This document shows, in pieces, positions 35,277 through 45,579 of a stretch of DNA of 64,000 nt. Source of the DNA: a virus. Position numbers and translations under genes: made by a program. Below the pieces are notes generated by a model. It was given only the letters and a program-made list of their open reading frames with translations, was not told the origin of the DNA and did not search any database. Within the stretch, counting starts at the first letter, position 1. The number at the start of each line of letters is the position of its first letter. The DNA lies in the IMG/VR virus record IMGVR_UViG_3300022902_000006. One strand, given 5' to 3'.

Positions 35277-36923
35277 ATGACCGCACGCCCACAATTTTTC
35301 AACACCTCCACCGGAGTCGTGGAGTCCCTCCCAGCAGGGACCGCACTCGACCTCGGTACCGGGGGCCTCAACGTCGGCGGTAACATCGCCTTGTCCAACA
35401 GCGCCAAGATCACCGGCATGGGTGCAGGTACCCAGGCAGGCGACGCGGCACGCTACGAACAGGTCCTCCTGCGCAGTGGCGTCAACGCCATGTCCGCTGA
35501 CCTGGCCATGGGTGACAACCAGATCACTGGTCTGGGGAGCCCGAGCGCCGCAACCGACGCAGCCTCCAAGCAGTACGTGGACGGTGTGGCCCAGGGTCTC
35601 AGCGTCAAGCGCAGCGTCAAGGCCGCGACCCAGGCCAATCTGGTGGGCACCCGTACGCTCAGCGTGATCACCGCCGGTGCCAATGGCGCCTTCCCCACCG
35701 TGGACGGCATCACGATCACCACGGACGGCTCCGCCGGGGCCAACGATGGTACCGAGGCCGCTTCCGACCGCGTGCTGGTCAAGAACCAGACCGCCGACGT
35801 GGACAACGGCGTCTACTTCCTGTCCGATCCCGGCGACGGCAGCAACCCATGGAAGCTGACCCGCTGCTCCGACGCCGACGAGCAAAGCGACGACATGAGC
35901 GGCGCCTTCATGTTCGTGGAGCAGGGCACCGTTGACGCCGACACCGGGTGGGTCTGCACCGGCGACGGTGACATCCTCCCCAACACCCACGACATGGTCT
36001 TCACCCAGTTCTCCGGCGCAGGCAGCTACACCGGCGGCGACGGCGTCGCCATCACGGGCACCTCCGTGGCCGTGGACCTGGGCACCGCCCCCGGCCTCCT
36101 GTTCAACGCTGGGAAGCTGCTGGTCAAGACCAAGACCAACGGCGGCGTCACCCTGGACGCGGACGGCCTCAGCGCCACCATCGGCAGCGGCGACGTCGGG
36201 GTCAACGGCTCCGGGCAGCTCTACGTGCCCGACGGCGCGCTCGACAACGACCACATCAACGCCTCCGCAGGCATCGTGGACACCAAGCTGGCCACCCTCG
36301 CCACCGCGAACAAGGTGTCCGGTTCCGCCGTGCAGCTCGGCACCAACCCCGGCATCGAGGACAGCACCGGCCTGAAGATCAAGATCGGCGACAGCAACAC
36401 CCTGTCCCTGGATGGTGACGGCCTCGCCGTCGATGGTGTGCCCACCACGTTCAACATCGGCGCCACCGCCGTCGGAGCTGCCGTCACGGCCCCGAACCTG
36501 GACACCCTGACCGACGTCAGCCAGGCTGACAGCCTGCACACCCACGGCCAGGTGCAGAACAAGGAGAACTTCACCGCCGACACCGCTGGCGTGACCGCCG
36601 ACACCGCCGTGCGCTGCAGCACCGCAAGCAAAGTCGTCACCGCAGCCTGCGACACCGCCGCCAACGCCCGCATCATCGGCGTAGCCCCCGCCGCCGCAAC
36701 CAGCGGAAACCCTGCCCTGTTCGTGGCAGCGGGTTACACGGAGGGCGTGACCGTGGCTGGCACCCCCTCGATCAACGACCCGGTCTTCCTGCAGTCCAAC
36801 GGCACCCTGAGCAGCGTTCAGCCCAGCACCGCTGGCCACCAGATCGTCCGCGTGGGCTTCTACTGTGGTACCAACGCGATCTTCGTGCAGATCGCCTACC
36901 TCGGCACCGTGCCCGCAGCGTAA
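35277..36923 (+). CDS. head/tail fibre-like structural protein with C-terminal cement-like domain
   Basis: ITGLGSP..TDAASKQYVD, DRVLVKNQT..NGVY, FVEQGT, FTQFSGAG..GDG repeats typical of phage fibre/decoration proteins. Confidence 0.7.
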   Translation: MTARPQFFNTSTGVVESLPAGTALDLGTGGLNVGGNIALSNSAKITGMGAGTQAGDAARYEQVLLRSGVNAMSADLAMGDNQITGLGSPSAATDAASKQYVDGVAQGLSVKRSVKAATQANLVGTRTLSVITAGANGAFPTVDGITITTDGSAGANDGTEAASDRVLVKNQTADVDNGVYFLSDPGDGSNPWKLTRCSDADEQSDDMSGAFMFVEQGTVDADTGWVCTGDGDILPNTHDMVFTQFSGAGSYTGGDGVAITGTSVAVDLGTAPGLLFNAGKLLVKTKTNGGVTLDADGLSATIGSGDVGVNGSGQLYVPDGALDNDHINASAGIVDTKLATLATANKVSGSAVQLGTNPGIEDSTGLKIKIGDSNTLSLDGDGLAVDGVPTTFNIGATAVGAAVTAPNLDTLTDVSQADSLHTHGQVQNKENFTADTAGVTADTAVRCSTASKVVTAACDTAANARIIGVAPAAATSGNPALFVAAGYTEGVTVAGTPSINDPVFLQSNGTLSSVQPSTAGHQIVRVGFYCGTNAIFVQIAYLGTVPAA

Positions 36924-37029
36924 TCCTGAACACCCCCTCCTGTAACACCTCCTAGCTGAATCCTGCTCCATCCAAGACTGGTCAAACCCAACCGGGACCG
37001 CTACAATACTGCGTAGCGCAAGGAATCCA

Positions 37030-37743
37030 ATGAGTTCTATAATCCAGACAGGTGAAACCGAGCCCGTTGAAATCTACGTTACAGATATCGTAGGTGACGC
37101 GCTTCTCGGAAAAACGGACATCAAACTGCGTATCCGCCGCCACGCAGATGGGTACTATCTGGACTGGAGTGACGATACCTTCAAAATTGCAGGCTCAGTT
37201 GTCACGATGTTGGAAGCGTTGTCTGAAGTTGACGCCACCAACAGTCCCGGAATGTACGCTTTAGACACCGCTACACACAAGCACGGCTTGGATACTAACG
37301 CGATAACGAACCCCGGCACTAATGACATCTACGCCATCACCGTCCTACAGGACGGAGGTGCGGACGCCACCGGACTACCCACCAACAGCGAACTCAAAGT
37401 AGGCTTCTGGGCTGACCAAATAGGCGGTGTACCCGTCAGCGTAGCCAACGCCGTGTGGAACGCCATGCAAGCTGACCACGTCGTACAGGGGTCCTTCGGC
37501 GAACTACTGCTCCGTGTAGAGGCACTGAAACACGGCAACCACGTCCTGGACAACCTCGTCTACAACAGCCAGAACCTAATCATCTCCGGACGCATGCGTC
37601 TATTCACCACAAAAACCGCTGTTGCCGCAGCCACGGATGGGGGCACCGGAGAAGGGGAGTTTGCTTCCTACTCCTTCACCACTACCGTTGATAGCCAGAA
37701 CGACTACCGCGCAGATGTGATCCGCGCCAGCAAGGATAGTTGA
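37030..37743 (+). CDS. hypothetical virion protein (beta-rich)
   Basis: AAGGA RBS; in the structural operon. Confidence 0.65.
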   Translation: MSSIIQTGETEPVEIYVTDIVGDALLGKTDIKLRIRRHADGYYLDWSDDTFKIAGSVVTMLEALSEVDATNSPGMYALDTATHKHGLDTNAITNPGTNDIYAITVLQDGGADATGLPTNSELKVGFWADQIGGVPVSVANAVWNAMQADHVVQGSFGELLLRVEALKHGNHVLDNLVYNSQNLIISGRMRLFTTKTAVAAATDGGTGEGEFASYSFTTTVDSQNDYRADVIRASKDS

Positions 37744-37745
37744 CG

Positions 37746-37898
37746 ATGTTTAGTCTACTAAACCTCGTAACACGCGGTTCCGTGACCATAGGACTTAAAC
37801 CAGCACCGATCACCGCCCCCAAGAACACACAGGCAGTGATCGACGCTGCGCCTGCGGCGCCCCAGGGGGCTTCCGCCGTCAAAAAAGAGACCAGCTAA
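37746..37898 (+). CDS. 50-aa hypothetical protein (not in the ORF track)
   Basis: Fills the gap exactly; stop overlaps the next ATG (TAATG). Confidence 0.45.
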   Translation: MFSLLNLVTRGSVTIGLKPAPITAPKNTQAVIDAAPAAPQGASAVKKETS

Positions 37899-38458
37899 TG
37901 AGTGTGCGCATCCAGTGGTCCCCGAACACTGAATCAGATATTAAGTCCTACGAACTGGTGCGCTGCGCCACGAAGACGGGAACCTACGCACTGGTGACCA
38001 CCATCGTGCACGACCTGCTCGGAGCCAACTACGACGCCACCGCGTCCAAGTTCTTCTACGACGACACTGCAGGCACAACCGCGCACTGGTACAAACTACG
38101 CGCCGTGGATCAGTACAGTAATCCCAGCGGCTACACAAACCCTTTCCAACCGGGGGAAAGCACAACGCCCCCTGTATTTCCCAACACGGTGTCCCTAACT
38201 GAAGACTACCCCACGACCGATAACCTTCGGTACATCACTGCAGGGGCTGCGGGGGTGGGTGACGCTCAAGTCCGCGTCTACAAAAAAACGGACTACGACC
38301 AGGGAAAACTAACCCTCATCCAGGGTCAAACCACCACCGACGCCAATGGACGCTGGAAAGTCCCTATCCTGGTGGAGGCCGGAACAACGTACACTATCTA
38401 CTTCCAGAAACCCCACGCCTTCGGCCCTGATACCACAGAAGTGGTAGTGCCCTCATAA
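37898..38458 (+). CDS. fibronectin type III-like structural protein
   Basis: IQWSPN..IKSYELVR..YDDT....WYKLRAVDQY.N.S FN3 pattern. Confidence 0.6.
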   Translation: MSVRIQWSPNTESDIKSYELVRCATKTGTYALVTTIVHDLLGANYDATASKFFYDDTAGTTAHWYKLRAVDQYSNPSGYTNPFQPGESTTPPVFPNTVSLTEDYPTTDNLRYITAGAAGVGDAQVRVYKKTDYDQGKLTLIQGQTTTDANGRWKVPILVEAGTTYTIYFQKPHAFGPDTTEVVVPS

Positions 38459-38468
38459 GGAACTAGCC

Positions 38469-38945
38469 ATGCTCATCGAACAGAAGAACGTCGAACCTGA
38501 CCACCTCATCACAACGGTAGAGCAGGCCATCAAGATAGGCGCGCAGTTCACCGGCGAAATACCCTCCATCGACGATGGGGGTGAGGACATCCTGTTCGTC
38601 CCCTACATGAACGACGCCGATGGCATCTATCGCATGATGAGGTCCGCTACCACCCCAACCGTGGTTGAGGGCGACAAAGGGGGCCTGTTTCTCTTCGCAA
38701 ACAAGGTGCCCGTGCGTATCGAGTACATCCTGGCCGACCTCGGTACGTCCCAGGCGTGGAACCTCCACCACGCCCTGGCACACGGGAACTTTCCCATCGC
38801 CAACGCCACCAGCCAATACATCCGGCGCACCTTCGATGACGACGGGCTGATCCTGGCCCCCACGGAAGGGGTAAAGCTGATTACTACCGCTGCCACGAAA
38901 GCGATGTGGATGCGGGTAGGCGTCAGCGTTTGTCGCGCACTCTAG
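38469..38945 (+). CDS. hypothetical virion protein
   Basis: AAGGA RBS; in the structural operon. Confidence 0.65.
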   Translation: MLIEQKNVEPDHLITTVEQAIKIGAQFTGEIPSIDDGGEDILFVPYMNDADGIYRMMRSATTPTVVEGDKGGLFLFANKVPVRIEYILADLGTSQAWNLHHALAHGNFPIANATSQYIRRTFDDDGLILAPTEGVKLITTAATKAMWMRVGVSVCRAL

Positions 38946-38966
38946 GAATTTACGGGGTAAATCGCC

Positions 38967-39452
38967 ATGGCCGTCACAGCCACACCAGCAACTCCCAGCG
39001 TCGTCAGTGCAGACGAAATCCGCATGTTTTTGCGCGACTTCGCCCTGGGGCACCTCACCAGCGGGCAGGGGAACCTGATCCTGGATGACGTGCAGTTCTC
39101 CCCCAAAGAACTTGCCCTGGCCATCAAGATGGCAGTGTCGGCGTACAACCTGGTGACCCCTGTATCCAACGTCACCGCCGCCAACTTCCCCAATGAGTAC
39201 CTCCTGCTGATTGGTGTCACGCGCTTCCTGCTCCTCTCTGAGGGCTTCCATCAACTCCGCAACCAAGTGAACGCACAGGATGGGGATATTGCCCCCGCAG
39301 GCATCTACGAGAAGGCTGCAGCCTACATCGCGCTCTCCAATACCTTGAACGCGGAGTGGACCACCTCTGTCAGATCGCTCAAAAACCAACTGAACATGGA
39401 AGGTGCGTACAGCAGCCTCGGGTCGGGCATGGGTGGGGGTAAAACAATCTGA
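38967..39452 (+). CDS. head-tail adaptor/neck protein (putative)
   Basis: Helical protein in neck position. Confidence 0.5.
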   Translation: MAVTATPATPSVVSADEIRMFLRDFALGHLTSGQGNLILDDVQFSPKELALAIKMAVSAYNLVTPVSNVTAANFPNEYLLLIGVTRFLLLSEGFHQLRNQVNAQDGDIAPAGIYEKAAAYIALSNTLNAEWTTSVRSLKNQLNMEGAYSSLGSGMGGGKTI

Positions 39453-40276
39453 TGTCCTTCTCAGTAGAGATCGTGAAGGTGACACCGCTGTACCCAAAAA
39501 AGGTACTGCTGCAGTGGGACATCCAGGATCCACCCGCTGCTGGGTCCTACACCTTCACCATCGAACGTAGTGGCTCCACTTCTGGACCGTGGACCCTCGT
39601 CGTAGCTGGACTACAAAACACGTACAACTACTTCGATGACTTCAGCACACTAACCAAAGAACACGACATCAACCTCCTCTCCCTGCAGCGAAACGTCTAC
39701 TATCGCATCACTGCTGCACCTCCCACGGGAAGCGCTGTAACTAGCGAGCCGCACGGCTTTGAACCCAGTGAACTCAGTCCTATGGCACGGGGACTCCGCC
39801 GCCGCCTCCGCCACGACCAACTCATCACTTACAAAAAAATCAACGGCGTAAAGCTCGCTATCTCCAAGCGCCGCCGCTGGGGTCCACGCTGCACCGTGTG
39901 CTTCGACCCCGTATCCAAGGCAGCACTGCATTCACACTGTGAGGCGTGCTATGGCACCGGCTTCGCAGACGGGTACTGGACAAGCGTCATAATGTGGGGG
40001 CGCATTAGCCCTGACAAAGTTGCTGTACAAGGTGCGCCCGCTGGGGTGGTGGAAAGCTCAGGGCATGTCATCACACTGCTTGATGTTCCCAGACTGCAAG
40101 ACGATGACCTGATCACCGAGCTGGATACAAACCGCCGCTACGTCGTACGCCGTCAGCTCCAAACAGAGCTGCGCCGCTACCCTGTGCATCAGCAAGTACA
40201 AGTATCCCAGCTATCTCGAAACGCCGTCGAGTACCTCATAGCGGTAGACAGCTCCTTATCTCCTCCGCTACTCTAA
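39452..40276 (+). CDS. neck/head-closure protein with FN3-like N-terminus and Zn motif
   Basis: RRWGPRCTVC..CEACYGTGF..GY motif characteristic of large-myovirus neck proteins. Confidence 0.6.
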   Translation: MSFSVEIVKVTPLYPKKVLLQWDIQDPPAAGSYTFTIERSGSTSGPWTLVVAGLQNTYNYFDDFSTLTKEHDINLLSLQRNVYYRITAAPPTGSAVTSEPHGFEPSELSPMARGLRRRLRHDQLITYKKINGVKLAISKRRRWGPRCTVCFDPVSKAALHSHCEACYGTGFADGYWTSVIMWGRISPDKVAVQGAPAGVVESSGHVITLLDVPRLQDDDLITELDTNRRYVVRRQLQTELRRYPVHQQVQVSQLSRNAVEYLIAVDSSLSPPLL

Positions 40277-40280
40277 GCGT

Positions 40281-40967
40281 ATGGATCCGCCCACTCGCTC
40301 AGACCCGCCAGCACCCCGTGTCGCCACCCAGAATGCCCTCATCGTTGAGGCGTCACCCTTAGCAATCATTGGTATATTTGTAGTGTTCCTACAGGAGCGA
40401 TTTAGGGAGGGGAACGGTCCTACCGCGTACACCCACCACCCAAACCACACGCAATCAAAAATAATCATTGAATCAGCGTTTGAGGACACCCGCGCAGAGC
40501 GAGGGTCCCACCCGGCTATTTACGTGGACAAAGACTCCTCCACCTTTCGAAAAATATCAATCGGGGACCGTTCACAATTCTCCCCCAAATCAGGCAAAAA
40601 CTGGGGGACGTGCCACTCCCACATGCCCATTCGCATTGAATGTGTTTCCGCGAACAAGGGGGAGAGCGCCACCATTGGCGACCTGGTACACACCAGCACG
40701 ATGATGGCCTCCGATGTGATCCAAGCCGCGTTCAACCTTCACGACATAACACCACCTGTTCTAAGCCGTACCATCCCTTACGAAGAAGACACCAAGGTAT
40801 GGAATTCCGTCGTCACCTTCAGTGTGGTATGCACCATGAACTGGTCTACTCTCCCGATTTCTCCTGTGCTCCAGGAGTGTGTACTCCGCATACAAGGTGG
40901 CGCAGGAGACGCATCACCCACACAACACCTCATCGACATCGCCACTCGCAGCAGGGGACTTCCGTAG
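40281..40967 (+). CDS. tail completion/terminator protein (putative)
   Basis: Between neck and sheath genes; size and beta pattern fit. Confidence 0.5.
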   Translation: MDPPTRSDPPAPRVATQNALIVEASPLAIIGIFVVFLQERFREGNGPTAYTHHPNHTQSKIIIESAFEDTRAERGSHPAIYVDKDSSTFRKISIGDRSQFSPKSGKNWGTCHSHMPIRIECVSANKGESATIGDLVHTSTMMASDVIQAAFNLHDITPPVLSRTIPYEEDTKVWNSVVTFSVVCTMNWSTLPISPVLQECVLRIQGGAGDASPTQHLIDIATRSRGLP

Positions 40968-40973
40968 CCGTTC

Positions 40974-41002
40974 TTGTGTAATCAATAGGCGCAGCCTATA
41001 AT
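40974..41002 (+). promoter_or_regulatory. sigma70-like promoter TTGTGT-N17-TATAAT
   Basis: CC before the -10 box; upstream of the sheath gene. Confidence 0.65.
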
Positions 41003-41045
41003 TTGGGCGAAATATCACGCGTTTTTTCCTCGTAGGAGATGCACG

Positions 41046-43676
41046 ATGCGACCAATCGTCCTGCTTTACCAAGAATATACCGCCACGGCAGCTACTCCAG
41101 CCACACCGGATATGAATGCCCTCATGGTGGCCCCGGCGTACTGGATTAAAGACTACCTGGATGATAAGGCGTCCATCAAAGTCTCCCTGACCTACGGTAC
41201 CAAGGATGAAGACAACCCGTACACGCCTCCCGTCCTGAACACAGACGCGGTCATCGTGGCCGAACCCCCAGGGAACAAGACAGGTGCACTGCTCGACGCC
41301 TCCAGCGTCAAGGTCTACCTGGACGAGTGCCGCGTCCTCATCGGCCAGGACACCACCACCGGAGTGCCCAGCGTAGCGAACAGCAACTACCTGGACTGCA
41401 CCGGCGCTGCCGCCGCGTTCAAGACTGCGCTCGCCGATGTACTGCCGGGTGACTACCTCATCATCGAAAACCCAGCAGGGGGTGGCGCTTCCGACCTCGT
41501 GAAGAGGGTTCAGGCCGTCGTAAGCACGGCAGGCAGCGAGGCGATCTACACCATGACCAACTTCGCCGCCGCCACTGCGGGGTTGTCGCTGCGCATTGAG
41601 CGCCAGGTCACGGACGTCCTGGTCGGATCCTCGTTCATCACCGTGAACAAAAACGCCGTCACCATCGGCGGTGGGGTCACCACGCTCCTCACGGGTGAAA
41701 CCGTTGCCCGCGCCGTGCAGTACGGCCAACCGTACATCGAGTACCGTTCCCTGCGCCAAGACCTGTGTGTCGTGGACACCGTCAGCTCTTCCACAGACGT
41801 CACCACCAAGATCGGAAAGGTGGACTCCCGCAACCCCCTGGCTGGCATGTGCACCGCCGCACTCGCCAACACCCTGACCCCCATCCAGTTCTTCGGCCTG
41901 AAAACGGACGACGCCGCTGGCCACAACTACTGCATGGACGTCATCGAAGGGCGCACGGATATCTACGCCATCGTGCCCGCCACGACCAGCGTGAGCATCC
42001 TCACCACTTACAAGACGGCAGTCGAGGGCCTGGCAAGCGTCACCCTCGCCAGCACCACTGGGATCCCCCAGAAGTTCCGTGTTGTCATCGGCTCCCAGGC
42101 GCTCCCCACCTCCAAGGTCATATCAGGGACCACCACGGGGTACACCGCAGGTGCACACAACACCGTGGACGCTGCTGTCCCCAACACCGCCATCACCGTG
42201 GCTGACGCCATTGGCGTCTTCGCAGATGGGGACGCCGACTTCGTCACGGACGGCGTGCGCGCCGGGGACATCCTGGTCGTCACCAACTCAACCGGCGCAG
42301 TGAACCTCGGGTCCTACGCTGTCGCCGAGGTGTACGACAAAAACCGACTGCGCACCACCACCGCGTTCACTGCGCAGAACACCGCCCTGGCAGGGGTACA
42401 CTACTACATCATCCGCAGCACGGGCACCCTCGTCGCCAGCACCGCCTTCACGGGGGGCCTGGCCTCTGCTGGCTCCAGCGCAGACGCTCTCGACGGCAGA
42501 GTCACCATGACCGGCGCTGCGGGGCTCACCACATACGCAGGCAAGGTCCTGCGTCTGTCTGCCGAAGCGGGGAACGCAGCCGACTGGCTCATCGTCTCCT
42601 GCACCGCTGCAACGCCGGGTGTGGCTACCGTGGACCACGGTACCAAGACCCTCGCCGCCGATGCAGTAGGCAACACCGTTGGTGCGATCTATGACACCGT
42701 CTCGTACGGTATCAACCGCACCGTGGCAATGCGCCGCCCCTTCCGCATCATCACGGACAACAACGCCACCTTCATCACTGACCTGGTGAAGGCAGGTGAT
42801 TACCTCCAGGTGCCAAACCCCATCACGGGGTCCTCGTACACCGCGAGCTTCGCCCACAAGATCGCCTACATCAGCAGCGAAAACACCGTGGTCCTGGATA
42901 CCAACGTGGACTGCGTTGCCACTGACCCGGAAGCGGGGGACACCACTCTGAAGTTCCGCGTCAGCCGCACACTGTCCAAGGACGACCAGGTCAAAGAACT
43001 GGGGGCCATCGCACAATCCTTCAACAGCAAACGCGTCATCCTCGTGTGGCCCGACTCCATCAAGGTTACGGGACTGAAGGACGGGTCCAAGACCCGCGCC
43101 GTGAGCACCAAGGCAGAGAACGCTGACGCGCAGCCTGGGTACTACATGTCCGCTGTCGTGGGTGGCATGACCGCTGGCCTGCCCTCTCACCAGGGCTTCA
43201 CCAACCTGGGCATCGCAGGCATCGACGAAATCACCAACTCCACTCGGTACTTCAGCGACACGCAGATCACCAAGCTGTCGGACAGCGGGTGGTTCGTCTT
43301 CGTGCAAGCCAGCCCCAACACACTGCCCTACTGCGTGCACCAGCTCACCACTGATGCTGACGCCCTGGAGACAGGTGAGTACAGCCTGGTCAAGAACTTC
43401 GACTTCATCTCCCTGTTCTACCGGGACATCGTCGACGACTACCTGGGTGACTGGAACATCAACACGGACACCATCGACTTCATCAAAGCCGACATCAACG
43501 CGGGTACTGACCTGCTGAAGCTGCGCAAGGTCGCCAAGATCGGTGCCCCCATCATCAGCGCCACACTGTCCAGCATCGCCCAGCACAAAACGGCCAAGGA
43601 CCGCGTCGAGGCGTACCTGAACGTCACCATGCCCAAGCCCCTGAACGTCATCGGGCTACACATCCTCAGCAGCTAA
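41046..43676 (+). CDS. contractile tail sheath protein
   Basis: 876 aa; C-terminal sheath domain (G..AGLP.HQGFTN..., YCVHQLTTD, EYSLVKNFD, VEAYLNVTMPKPLN); precedes the tube gene. Confidence 0.85.
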   Translation: MRPIVLLYQEYTATAATPATPDMNALMVAPAYWIKDYLDDKASIKVSLTYGTKDEDNPYTPPVLNTDAVIVAEPPGNKTGALLDASSVKVYLDECRVLIGQDTTTGVPSVANSNYLDCTGAAAAFKTALADVLPGDYLIIENPAGGGASDLVKRVQAVVSTAGSEAIYTMTNFAAATAGLSLRIERQVTDVLVGSSFITVNKNAVTIGGGVTTLLTGETVARAVQYGQPYIEYRSLRQDLCVVDTVSSSTDVTTKIGKVDSRNPLAGMCTAALANTLTPIQFFGLKTDDAAGHNYCMDVIEGRTDIYAIVPATTSVSILTTYKTAVEGLASVTLASTTGIPQKFRVVIGSQALPTSKVISGTTTGYTAGAHNTVDAAVPNTAITVADAIGVFADGDADFVTDGVRAGDILVVTNSTGAVNLGSYAVAEVYDKNRLRTTTAFTAQNTALAGVHYYIIRSTGTLVASTAFTGGLASAGSSADALDGRVTMTGAAGLTTYAGKVLRLSAEAGNAADWLIVSCTAATPGVATVDHGTKTLAADAVGNTVGAIYDTVSYGINRTVAMRRPFRIITDNNATFITDLVKAGDYLQVPNPITGSSYTASFAHKIAYISSENTVVLDTNVDCVATDPEAGDTTLKFRVSRTLSKDDQVKELGAIAQSFNSKRVILVWPDSIKVTGLKDGSKTRAVSTKAENADAQPGYYMSAVVGGMTAGLPSHQGFTNLGIAGIDEITNSTRYFSDTQITKLSDSGWFVFVQASPNTLPYCVHQLTTDADALETGEYSLVKNFDFISLFYRDIVDDYLGDWNINTDTIDFIKADINAGTDLLKLRKVAKIGAPIISATLSSIAQHKTAKDRVEAYLNVTMPKPLNVIGLHILSS

Positions 43677-43681
43677 CATAC

Positions 43682-44716
43682 GTGGCGCCCGCGTCCCATA
43701 ACGCTCGCGAAGCGGGGCGCGTCACTGCGCTGCAAGAGCTTGGCCTGGCCGAAGCGGGGGAGGAGAAAGTTGCCTTCCCCGCTGGTGCTGCGTTCAATGC
43801 TCTTGCAGGTGCAGGTAAGTGGGGCTTCAAACAACTGGGGCGCGCAGCGGGCTTTGCTATGGGCGGGGGTCCCCTCAACCCCGTGATACGCGGGGCCACC
43901 AACTACGCAGGCAGGGGCATAAACGCCGCAATGAAACACCTGCGCGTCCCCGAGAAGGTACGAAAAACGCTCGGGTACATGGGCAAGACTGCGCCGCTGC
44001 ACGCGGGAGCCTGGGGGGGATTCGGGGGCCTGATGGGTGGGGCCATGGGCTACGCTGATCCTAACAAACGAAGCTGGGATTGGGCGGGAGCAGGGCGCGG
44101 GGCACTCATGGGTGCCGCATCCGGTATCGGCATGGGGCTCATAGAGGGCGGCGCTCGCGCAGGTCTACGCGGGGTGCTAGGGCAGCAGCGCTGGAGGGGC
44201 CTCCAAAACACCGCACGCCGAGGGCGCGTCGGCACAGCTACGCCAGGCGGCGTACGCAGCCAATCCATGCTACCGGGCATTGGAGCCGCCGCTGGTGCCG
44301 CCGGTGGCTACATGACACGTGACCCCAACCAGGAGGGTATCCCCTGGCAGCGCATGGCGGCAGGTGCAGCCATAGGCGCAGGCGCAGGTCTCGGGGGCAC
44401 CGCCCTCATGCACGGCGGAAAAGCTGCCAGGGGCTGGCTCGCAGGGGGCGTCACCGGCACTACCGGGCGTCTAGGTAATACCGCCAACTACAACAAAATG
44501 CGTATGCTGAGTATCCCCGGTATCGCGGGCATGGGCCTCGGAATGGGTGTCATCGACCCCCTGATACACGGAGATGGGGGCGAACAGTCACAGCACCAAC
44601 AACAGTACGGTCCCCAAGGCCCCATGGGCTACGCACCACACAGACTAGCAGGCCACGGTATTTCACAATTGCCCCGCCCGTACAATCCGTACTACAATCG
44701 GTACTATAATCGGTAA
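43682..44716 (+). CDS. multi-glycine-zipper protein with shared leader
   Basis: GRVTALQELGL..EEKVA leader; several GxxxG hairpins; GTG start. Confidence 0.65.
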   Translation: MAPASHNAREAGRVTALQELGLAEAGEEKVAFPAGAAFNALAGAGKWGFKQLGRAAGFAMGGGPLNPVIRGATNYAGRGINAAMKHLRVPEKVRKTLGYMGKTAPLHAGAWGGFGGLMGGAMGYADPNKRSWDWAGAGRGALMGAASGIGMGLIEGGARAGLRGVLGQQRWRGLQNTARRGRVGTATPGGVRSQSMLPGIGAAAGAAGGYMTRDPNQEGIPWQRMAAGAAIGAGAGLGGTALMHGGKAARGWLAGGVTGTTGRLGNTANYNKMRMLSIPGIAGMGLGMGVIDPLIHGDGGEQSQHQQQYGPQGPMGYAPHRLAGHGISQLPRPYNPYYNRYYNR

Positions 44717-44739
44717 CGCCATGAAGGAGGCGTAAACAG

Positions 44740-45537
44740 ATGCCCAGTCCAGGAATCACAACCAACACCAATACGTGGTACGCGCAGGACAACTACGTTG
44801 AGCGGGTGATGGACAACTCCGCGTACACCGCCGCGCACCCGGATGACACCTTGGTGCTCGCTGGGCCTCCCAGGATCCCCGCTGACATGAAGGCCGGGAC
44901 AAAGGGCAACGGGACAACGGCAACGGGCGCGAGCTTCAAAGCCACCGATATGCTGGCCATCGGGCACCTGCAGAGCCTCAACTTCACGCAGCAGAAGGCG
45001 ACGCAACCCGTGATGGCCATCGGGTCCGGGCGCTCCTTCTACGTCTCAGGCAAAGCACAAGGCCAGGCGTCCCTGGGACGGCTGTTCGTCAACGGGCGCA
45101 ATCTGATGCGCGTCCTGATGCACAACATGCGGCGCTCTGACGGTCCCGACATCACCAAGTTCGATGAGAAGCCCGCGCACACCAAGGACGCCACGTTCCT
45201 CATCAACCTGGACTCCGAGATGTACCTCATCCCCATCGGGCTCGGCGTGCTGTTCCGCGACAAGGTGCACCACACCCTGGGCAGCTTCTACGCTGAGCTG
45301 ACCATGATCACCAGCTACGCCATCAGCGCCACGGCGGGGCAGAACATGATCATGGAATCCACCTCCCTGCTGTTCGACCGCCTGTGCCCCTTCATCCCCG
45401 AAGTAGGGGGCCAGGGTGACTACGCAGGCATGACCGACACCGCCATGGCAGCGGTCATCGGCTTCATCGACAACACCATCACCAACGCCCAGAAGACCGG
45501 CAGCGGCAGCGCCCAAGCGCAACCCAAGGCAGGATAG
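44740..45537 (+). CDS. tail tube protein
   Basis: AAGGAGG RBS; IGHLQSLNFTQQ..QPVMAIGSGRSFYVSGK..SLGRL; follows the sheath gene. Confidence 0.75.
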   Translation: MPSPGITTNTNTWYAQDNYVERVMDNSAYTAAHPDDTLVLAGPPRIPADMKAGTKGNGTTATGASFKATDMLAIGHLQSLNFTQQKATQPVMAIGSGRSFYVSGKAQGQASLGRLFVNGRNLMRVLMHNMRRSDGPDITKFDEKPAHTKDATFLINLDSEMYLIPIGLGVLFRDKVHHTLGSFYAELTMITSYAISATAGQNMIMESTSLLFDRLCPFIPEVGGQGDYAGMTDTAMAAVIGFIDNTITNAQKTGSGSAQAQPKAG

Positions 45538-45579
45538 CCCATCGTTGCTCTTTGAGCCCTGAGCACGTATTCTCACTGC

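Noticed and set aside
41046-43676. KxA occurrences in the tail sheath (FKTA, YKTA, HKIA, RKVA, HKTA)
   Set aside because: About five or six in an Ala-rich 876-aa protein is near chance level; not counted as processing sites.
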